Origin: Sumerlaeia bacterium
GTDB lineage: Bacteria > Sumerlaeota > Sumerlaeia > SLMS01 > JAHLLQ01
Direction: 5' to 3'
Assembly (NCBI GenBank): GCA_040219255.1
Contig: JAVJSW010000041.1
Location: forward strand, 1 to 22,140
Length of the DNA stretch: 22,140 nucleotides
Numbering within the stretch: position 1 is the stretch's first letter; every line of letters starts with the position of its first letter. Made by a program: the position numbers and the translations under genes. The notes below the pieces were generated by a model. That model did no database searches and was not told where the DNA came from. It saw nothing but the letters and a program-made list of their open reading frames with translations. Positions 16,098 through 22,140 of this stretch are shown here, in pieces.

Positions 16098-18065
16098 GTG
16101 AAAAGCAGGACAGAAGTAACCTCCCCTAAAACCTCAGCGCTGGAACGCGCAGTCGAACGTTTTCCCGACGCAGCCCCAGAGGTACACGAGCGCATCGCCA
16201 CGATGATTCGCTCGGGCGAGATCGACGACCTGGACTCCGTGAAGGCCGTCCCTTCCGGTTTCGCCCGCGCCCTCGACTATGCCTGTGTTCCAACCGATTC
16301 CCACAGCTCACTCGCCTCCATCGTTGCGCACCGAATCACCGAACCTCACCTTCACGCGCACGCCACCGCCGTGATGGCGCACGTAGTGGTCTCCACCTCA
16401 TTGACGTACGACGGCGATCTCCCGCTTCTCGAACCAGACTGGACTTCCCGCGTTGCGGTCCCGTGGGACGTGCTCGACAAGTTGTGCGGAGGCGGTAAGT
16501 CGAAGCCGAGGTCGAAGTCCAAGTCCAAAAAGAAGGCGTCCTCCTCAGCCCGCTATACGACGGTCGTGAACGCTCTCGTCGAGGCCGGACTTCTTGAGTC
16601 CTCCGAGTACAGAGACGGCAGGTGCAGACGGTGGCGCATGCGCTACGACCACTACGCCAGCGTCATCCGCGCCGGTGTAGAGCAGCTCGTTCGTGAGGGC
16701 GACCTTACGACTTGGTGCAACCTCCGCAACGGTCGTCGCACCGAATTGGGCACCGTCAATCGCTCGATGTGGATGCTCACGGAGACCGAGAAGAGGATGG
16801 CCCGTCGTCGTAGGTCGACCGGCGAGTCCTCCGGAGCTACCACCCGTGCAGGCCGCCCCCTCGCGATCGACGTTAGCTACGCAGCAAGGGGCATCGCGGA
16901 CCTCATCGCCGCCTCCGCCGCAGCACAGCGATACAGCGATCTCGTCGAGGCAACCAGGGCAGGAGCGACGCTACTCAGGATCGTCGGCTCAGACGCTTAC
17001 ATGGCTATAGGGGACGGTCTCGGTCAGTTCAGCCCGGAATACGTGCAACGGGCCTCAGGTCGCCGCTATGAGGTCGGCGGCGGTTTCCAGACAGCTCCTC
17101 GCGCTCTGAAGCAGGCGCTCGCGTTGTCTCCCAGGACGCGCGAATTGAACACCAACCTCGACATCGCCGCGTGCCACGTTGCTGCCTACGCGCATCTCTG
17201 CGCGTGCCTGAACCAAAACCTGACGTGGAGACACAGGAGTTCGCTGGTTGAACCAAGCTACATCCCCACTGATGATCTGGAATACGTGGTCGCTCATGGG
17301 TACACGAACATGGCGGCGCTATATGATCTGCCTGAGGACCTGCTCAAGCTCGTTGTCCTCGCCGTCATCAACGGCGCACCACTATCGTCGCATTATGATG
17401 CAGCAGTAGGAAAGTTGATCCGGCAGTGCTGCCCGGGGGAAACCCCTCATGCGGTGGCGGAACGACTCCGAGCCTCCCTCTACCAGATCAGGCTCACGAT
17501 CGCGCATGAGAGGTTGGTTTCGCGCGACCTTCTACGCCAGTTTTCCCTCCGTGGACATCGCACGCGTCTCCGCCGTGTGCTCGACGTTCGCCGCGATGAG
17601 CGCGGCCATACGATCATTGAGAACGCCATGGGACGCCTTTATGACGTGACCGAGCAGGGCAGGGCAGGCTTGATGAGCCATGTGCTGACCGGCATCGAGC
17701 AGCATGACGTGCGTGCGACGGAAGACGTACTGTTAGAGTACGGCATTTCCACCCTTTCATACGAGCATGATGGTCTGCTACTTTCATCACCAATCCCGCG
17801 TGGTGCTCTTGGAAAGATCCGGAAGTGTTCGATCCTCAAACACCGCCTCACGTGGCGCGAGAAACCACTCGATCAATCCCCGAGCTATTCTGAGAGGGCT
17901 GCGCTGATCATCTACCAGCACACACATGCTGCGCCAACCCAGAAGGTAAGGGCACTCCCGACCATGACCGACGAGTGTAATGGCGCAATTCACAGCGTCA
18001 GCTTCAGTGCTGGCGGAACCTCGACTTTATCTACCCACCAGGAGGTAAGCAATGAACTGGCGTGA
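16098..18065 (+). CDS. Stand-alone family-A/T7-superfamily polymerase, TV-Pol-like, with N-terminal wHTH-like region
   Basis: 655 aa. SGRRY...GFQ (PolA TGRL..NLQ equivalent), motif A NLDIAACH (D355), motif B K417-x7-NG, SHVLTGIE, motif C YEHDGLL (H557, D558), in the right order. No 3'-5' exonuclease motifs recognised. The GTG start has no clear SD. Confidence 0.72.
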   Translation: MKSRTEVTSPKTSALERAVERFPDAAPEVHERIATMIRSGEIDDLDSVKAVPSGFARALDYACVPTDSHSSLASIVAHRITEPHLHAHATAVMAHVVVSTSLTYDGDLPLLEPDWTSRVAVPWDVLDKLCGGGKSKPRSKSKSKKKASSSARYTTVVNALVEAGLLESSEYRDGRCRRWRMRYDHYASVIRAGVEQLVREGDLTTWCNLRNGRRTELGTVNRSMWMLTETEKRMARRRRSTGESSGATTRAGRPLAIDVSYAARGIADLIAASAAAQRYSDLVEATRAGATLLRIVGSDAYMAIGDGLGQFSPEYVQRASGRRYEVGGGFQTAPRALKQALALSPRTRELNTNLDIAACHVAAYAHLCACLNQNLTWRHRSSLVEPSYIPTDDLEYVVAHGYTNMAALYDLPEDLLKLVVLAVINGAPLSSHYDAAVGKLIRQCCPGETPHAVAERLRASLYQIRLTIAHERLVSRDLLRQFSLRGHRTRLRRVLDVRRDERGHTIIENAMGRLYDVTEQGRAGLMSHVLTGIEQHDVRATEDVLLEYGISTLSYEHDGLLLSSPIPRGALGKIRKCSILKHRLTWREKPLDQSPSYSERAALIIYQHTHAAPTQKVRALPTMTDECNGAIHSVSFSAGGTSTLSTHQEVSNELA

Positions 18066-18291
18066 CGAGATCAACTATCAGGCTGCTGATCAGAAGCGTT
18101 TCGATGATGAGTGGCACAGTGAACCTGAGATTTCTGGCCTAAAGCAATGTGAGGTCCGAGAGGGTCTACGTTCTTTGGTTGAGGATGGTGACCTGCGGCA
18201 TCGTGTCGGAAGCGATGGGCGCGATGAATACACCATCACGCAACAAGGTCTAGAGGGTCCGGTTATCATCTTTGGTGAATGGACGCCTTGA
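18052..18291 (+). CDS. Small winged-helix-like protein
   Basis: 79 aa, AGGAGG SD, overlaps the polymerase stop by 14 bp. LRSLVEDGDL...YTITQQG resembles a wHTH recognition helix and wing. Confidence 0.6.
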   Translation: MNWRDEINYQAADQKRFDDEWHSEPEISGLKQCEVREGLRSLVEDGDLRHRVGSDGRDEYTITQQGLEGPVIIFGEWTP

Positions 18292-18353
18292 CTTTAGGCT
18301 CTGAAAGCCATGCGCTCATCATGCCTTGTGCTCGTCATTCAAGGTCTCAGAAC

Positions 18354-18845
18354 CTAAAGAAAAATCCGAATCGCCGCGATGGGAATCGCCACCATCAAGA
18401 GGGCAGGCCACCTGAAGGTCGCGACAGCCATGGCCGCGATGATCGCGTCGAGAAAACGCGCTTGGTACCAACTCTCCAGCGCAAGCAGCCAACGTTCTGC
18501 ATCGGTGAGTGAGCCCTGGTAGAATGGTTTTGGCTTTCCGGCAGCCAACACGGTCAGCGCCACGAGGATCACCGAGGCTCTGATTCGATCGCCAGAAAGC
18601 GCGGACGTGAGTAGATATGCAGCGGGCCATATCCAGCTCACGAGCCAGAATTTCAGAGAGGCAACATACCACCCTGTATGGTTCGAGGCCGGGTTGATGA
18701 CGTTCCAGTCCACGTAGCCGCGCAGCCATGCGGACGTTGGTTGCAGCACGAAGACGATAATCAGCAGAGCGAGCGCAACGTTCCCAAGTCTCCCCAATCC
18801 TTGGGGTCGCCAGAGTCGAGCAACTTGAGCAAGTCTGGTTTGCAT
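18354..18845 (-). CDS. Putative multi-pass membrane protein
   Basis: Up to 163 aa with four or more hydrophobic segments (VALALLIIVFVL; FWLVSWIWPAAYLL; VILVALTVLAA; AIIAAMAVA..PALLMVAIPIAAI). The start is uncertain because it overlaps the upstream ORF by 85 bp. Confidence 0.55.
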   Translation of the reverse strand: MQTRLAQVARLWRPQGLGRLGNVALALLIIVFVLQPTSAWLRGYVDWNVINPASNHTGWYVASLKFWLVSWIWPAAYLLTSALSGDRIRASVILVALTVLAAGKPKPFYQGSLTDAERWLLALESWYQARFLDAIIAAMAVATFRWPALLMVAIPIAAIRIFL

Positions 18846-19210
18846 GGAACTCGAAACTGTTTCCCTTTCAACTCGTGCTTTGCTGCTCGGCCATACATCT
18901 CCTCAAATTCCGCGCAGGTCACAACTCGCAGCGTGACTGAAAAAGCGTCCCCGACTTCGATTGTGATGGGGAGTTCTACGTGCTGAGCTACCACGACAAG
19001 GATTTCTGAGCAGAGTCGTGAGGTTGCGTAACACGAGGTCGCGTGACCACCGGCAAGGAGCCACGGCTTGTCACCAAGCATCTCGTGTACTTGAACAAGC
19101 GCGTCAACTCCACCCCGCCAACCCGCGACGGCATCGCGCAAGGGTTTCGCGTAGGCCGCTCTCTTTCGATAGGTGCGCGTACGTCTCACTACATGTCTCC
19201 ACCGACCCAT
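18761..19210 (-). CDS. Degenerate nucleotidyltransferase-like protein (Pol-beta fold, AbiEii/DUF6036-like)
   Basis: Up to 149 aa. WLLAGGHA..Y..SRLCSEILVVV resembles hhGGhA....RxTxDhD, and C-terminal DLLKL..PKDWGDL resembles DLhxhK...KDxxDh. The DxD is not intact. Confidence 0.45.
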   Translation of the reverse strand: MGRWRHVVRRTRTYRKRAAYAKPLRDAVAGWRGGVDALVQVHEMLGDKPWLLAGGHATSCYATSRLCSEILVVVAQHVELPITIEVGDAFSVTLRVVTCAEFEEMYGRAAKHELKGKQFRVPCKPDLLKLLDSGDPKDWGDLGTLRSLC

Positions 19211-21771
19211 GGGGCGCCTTGGAAGGTCGCTGCCTCCGGCGCTGAACTCGCGACCGCTTGAGGTACGACCGTGAGAGAGAGTCGCTCACCGCTTCGCGTA
19301 ACTTCAAGCTCAACTGGCTCACCTGGAACCTTGCCGCGAAGCAGTTGGACAGCGTGTCGTCCGCTTCCGACTTCGGTGCCGTCGATTGCCGTGATGAGAT
19401 CTCCACCTTGAACTCCAGCGGCTTGGGCGGGAGCGGCCACGATCGATCTTACAAGTGCTCCGACGAGAGTGGATTCTACATCGACGTCGAGACCAACACG
19501 GGAGCGTGCTGCGGGGGTTGAAGAGACCGCCTCCACTTCAAAGTGCCACGTTGTGCCTCGGGGCAGCGTGACTGCTGCACCGCCTCTTATTCCGCTAAGC
19601 TCGTCTGATGCTGGTGAGCTGATCGAAATCTGGCGGAGACCTCCTTCACGCATTCCTGAGAGACTCATCAGGAAGGGGCTTTCCACTGAGCGATCAACTG
19701 GAAGTCGAATCGTGAGGTCAGCGACACCATTCCAATCCTTGAAGGTCTGATCTTGGTTGAAGACGCGCTGCTTCAAGATGCGTAGAGTGACATGAGTTCC
19801 GGGTTCGAGAAGAGCTCCTGGACCAACTCGCACATCACCGGTACGGACACCATGAGCAGCAGCCCCCAAAGGCGCACCTTCGGACTTAGGTCGTGCTACG
19901 ACGCGAAATCCGAGAGTGTTGCTTCGATTGATGGGATCGTAGCCCCACCGTGCCGCCGACCGGTGCGCTGCGACCGCACTTCTCCAACCTCCACCACGGT
20001 AAACTCGTTCGTTTCCGATGGCCGGGCCCTGTGGGTCCATCTCCTCCGACGAAGAATAACCGGCGTACCAATCGGCGCACCACTCGAAGACGTTCCCCGC
20101 CATGTCGTAGAGCCCAAGCGTGTTGGGCCGATAGGTCCCGACAGACGCTGGCCAAGCATGGCCGTCATCCAACGTGAACGACGGCTCCCAACCGAAGATG
20201 CTGAGCCCCGAGGCATCCTTCACGTTTTCACGGCCGTCCACAGCTTCCGGACGATCACCCCAATAGAACTGCGTATCGCTCCCGGCGCGGAGAGCCATCT
20301 CGAATTCCGCCTCCGTCGGAAGTGAGAAGGTGATGTTGTCCGACCGCGTATTCAGCCAATCCACAAAGGCTTGGGCATCATACCAGGAGACGCAGACGAC
20401 AGGGTGACGTTCGGTCTGAGGATAGCCGGGAGAGCGCCAGCTTCCTGCCGAGCGCGAGTAGTCATCACCGCGCCAGATATAGGCATAGCCCTCTCTTTCC
20501 GCTGTGGTGGTGTAGCCGGTTGCTTCGACGAAAGCTGCGAACTGTCCGACCGTGACCTCGGTAGTGCCGATAAAGAACGGACGAGTGACTGCGACCTGGT
20601 GGGCGAGCATTTCTCGCTTCCCTGCTTCCGCATCAAGGCCAAGCTCCTGAACAGCCACTCCGAATTGTTCGGGTGATGACCCACGGGTGTAGGTCCCCGC
20701 CTCCACCCTGATCAGTTCAAGCTGCTCGTCGGCGGAAAGGGGAAAGGACCAGGTGCTCTCACCTGTCGCTGGCCCGCTGTCTCTTGCCGGTGCCGCTGAA
20801 GCTAGCACTCCCGCATCTGTGGAAGCACTTGCACTGGCATCCCGTGTTGAGTCCACCTGGAACGCCCATCCGCCGAGGATTACCCCGCCTATGGCGAAGA
20901 GCCCCAGTGCTGTATTTCTCAGGACGGGACTGACCCGATCCTGCACGCCTCGCGCCGGAGGGAGAGGACGGACGTAGACCGTGCGCTGATGCTCGGCCAA
21001 GGTGACCTCTGCCAAGGCTAGCGCGCGCGTCCCTGCGTCTGGGAATCGGTCTGCTGGCTCTTCCTGAACGGCCTGCCAAAGAACCTTGATCAGAGGAAGC
21101 GGCAGCTTGGCGCCATGAAGTTCCATCAAGATGCGTTGGTTCACGACGATGTCGGGTTTGCGTGAGTACAACCGAGCGAGCAGCAAACCGAGCTGCCACA
21201 CGTCGGTTCGCGCGTCGATCTTGCCGCCGACCCGTCTCTGCTCAGGAGCGAGGGCCCCCTGACTGCCCGGCTTCTCGATCGCCAGGTGGGCCGTCATGGC
21301 AGTTGGAGTTCCCAACCAAGGATCAACGACCATCGGGTTATCCTCTTGATCGAATAGCATGTTTGCATTGTGGATGTGGCCGTGAAACAACCCCGCATCG
21401 TGGAGAGGTGCGACTGCCCGACAGAGCGCCTGGCCCACAGCGAGCGCCTCAGCCAGGCGCGGACCGTCGACTTTCATCCGCCTCGCGAAAGCATCAAACG
21501 CTTCGCCTTCAATCCACTCGCGGAGGACGAAGGGGCGACCTTCGTGTGTCCCAACCTCCAAGTATCCGATCAGGTGCGGGCCTGAAATCGAGGAACCCGT
21601 CGATCGCCATCGTTCCCACTGCTGCTCAATCTCTGATGTGTAGTCGGACTTATAGAGCTTCAACAGGATCTTTGAGCCCTCCTGCTTCAGCTGCATAGAG
21701 TCGTGGAACGAACCGCCGCTGAGCTCTCTGAGGACGGCGTACGAGGTTCCGCCTATAGTGATGTGCTGCAT
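19189..21771 (-). CDS. Membrane-anchored Ser/Thr kinase-like + FGE-sulfatase (SUMF1-like) + FKBP-like + PDZ multidomain protein
   Basis: 860 aa. Kinase fold (LSGGSF, LLK, APEQ, DARTDVWQLG), TM LGLFAIGGVILGGWAF, FGE motifs (TEVTVGQF, HPVVCVSWYDA, LPTEAEFE, PNTLGLYDMAGNVFEWC, GFRV), FKBP-like (DVRVGPG...GMREGGLR...WHFEVE), PDZ (PAQAAGVQGGDLITAIDG). Confidence 0.88.
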   Translation of the reverse strand: MQHITIGGTSYAVLRELSGGSFHDSMQLKQEGSKILLKLYKSDYTSEIEQQWERWRSTGSSISGPHLIGYLEVGTHEGRPFVLREWIEGEAFDAFARRMKVDGPRLAEALAVGQALCRAVAPLHDAGLFHGHIHNANMLFDQEDNPMVVDPWLGTPTAMTAHLAIEKPGSQGALAPEQRRVGGKIDARTDVWQLGLLLARLYSRKPDIVVNQRILMELHGAKLPLPLIKVLWQAVQEEPADRFPDAGTRALALAEVTLAEHQRTVYVRPLPPARGVQDRVSPVLRNTALGLFAIGGVILGGWAFQVDSTRDASASASTDAGVLASAAPARDSGPATGESTWSFPLSADEQLELIRVEAGTYTRGSSPEQFGVAVQELGLDAEAGKREMLAHQVAVTRPFFIGTTEVTVGQFAAFVEATGYTTTAEREGYAYIWRGDDYSRSAGSWRSPGYPQTERHPVVCVSWYDAQAFVDWLNTRSDNITFSLPTEAEFEMALRAGSDTQFYWGDRPEAVDGRENVKDASGLSIFGWEPSFTLDDGHAWPASVGTYRPNTLGLYDMAGNVFEWCADWYAGYSSSEEMDPQGPAIGNERVYRGGGWRSAVAAHRSAARWGYDPINRSNTLGFRVVARPKSEGAPLGAAAHGVRTGDVRVGPGALLEPGTHVTLRILKQRVFNQDQTFKDWNGVADLTIRLPVDRSVESPFLMSLSGMREGGLRQISISSPASDELSGIRGGAAVTLPRGTTWHFEVEAVSSTPAARSRVGLDVDVESTLVGALVRSIVAAPAQAAGVQGGDLITAIDGTEVGSGRHAVQLLRGKVPGEPVELEVTRSGERLSLTVVPQAVASSAPEAATFQGAPWVGGDM

Positions 21772-21918
21772 GGCGCCTTCCTCGGTAAGATCTCCATCGC
21801 AATCGCGATCAAGCCGAGGCTAGGCCCACCCTCAAGCAGCAGCAAGTCTAAGTATCGGAAATTTGGATATTATGTAGAAATCAGATAGGCTGTTCCATCT
21901 GACTGGAGCGGTCATCCA

Positions 21919-22140
21919 ATGCGCCAAAAGAGAGGTACACCCGGGCATAAGGCCCTGCTCGAAATCCTGGTCGATGGAAGAATTTCCAGCGGCCTTACGC
22001 AGGTCGAGCTCGCTGAAAAACTGAAGGTCAGGCGTAAACGTCCTACGAGCCCCATCTTGACCATCGCCGGGGTCCTGTGCGATTCTGCCTCCTCATTTTA
22101 TACACGGAGAGCAGGTCATGGAACACAGCCCCACCGGCTT
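21919..22140 (+). pseudogene. XRE-family HTH gene, apparently broken after the first HTH helix; frame runs off the window
   Basis: My translation from ATG 21919 (GGAG SD) is MRQKRGTPGHKALLEILVDGRISSGLTQVELAEKLK, followed by unrelated-looking sequence with no recognition helix. Confidence 0.5.

Larger units (their letters stand above)
11240..18291. mobile_element. Second integrative element/island (int-xis plus cargo); right boundary not identified
   Basis: Own integrase pointing toward the tRNA fragment, Xis/AlpA, primase-like and polymerase-like genes, visibly lower GC. No second tRNA fragment was seen, so the end coordinate is a placeholder and the region may be a mosaic. Confidence 0.6.

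Noticed and set aside
15583-16201. Short ORFs 15583-15873 (+), 15757-16047 (-) and 15917-16201 (-)
   Set aside because: No clear SD or recognisable motifs, mutually overlapping, and they lie across the structured non-coding segment.
15976-18065. Canonical retron or DRT system
   Set aside because: The downstream protein has no reverse-transcriptase YxDD or retron NAxxH/VTG motifs; its motifs are family-A-like.
19800-20720. Diversity-generating retroelement target (FGE/C-type lectin fold)
   Set aside because: No reverse transcriptase or template-repeat copy is visible in the window, and the FGE domain is not C-terminal.
1-22140. CRISPR array, rRNA, virion structural genes, transposase
   Set aside because: No regularly spaced repeat-spacer units or matching motifs were seen.

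Overview
The window holds two adjacent mobile regions meeting at a tRNA-derived att site. Left (1-~11240, very GC-rich) is the end of a prophage-like element. It has a minus-strand early/recombination gene run (Cro-like HTH, small HTH-like protein, Gp3/RDF-like protein, SbcD/Mre11, SbcC/Rad50, DUF1064-like nuclease, RecD2 helicase), a divergent CI-like repressor abutting a tyrosine integrase, and the 3' 48 nt of a tRNA-Gly(CCC) at 11192-11239. Right (~11240 onward, visibly lower GC) is a second integrative island. It has its own convergent tyrosine integrase and Xis/AlpA, an unknown ORF, an apparently inactivated AEP primase, a truncated PLD/helicase remnant, a stand-alone family-A/TV-Pol-like polymerase, a small wHTH, and a minus-strand trio (pseudokinase-FGE-FKBP-PDZ protein, degenerate nucleotidyltransferase, membrane protein). 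The most notable signal is a densely paired non-coding segment (12-bp and 13-bp nested stems, an 8-bp pseudoknot and a 10-bp competing helix) directly upstream of the polymerase gene. All family calls come from reading motifs by eye; no database search or folding program was run.
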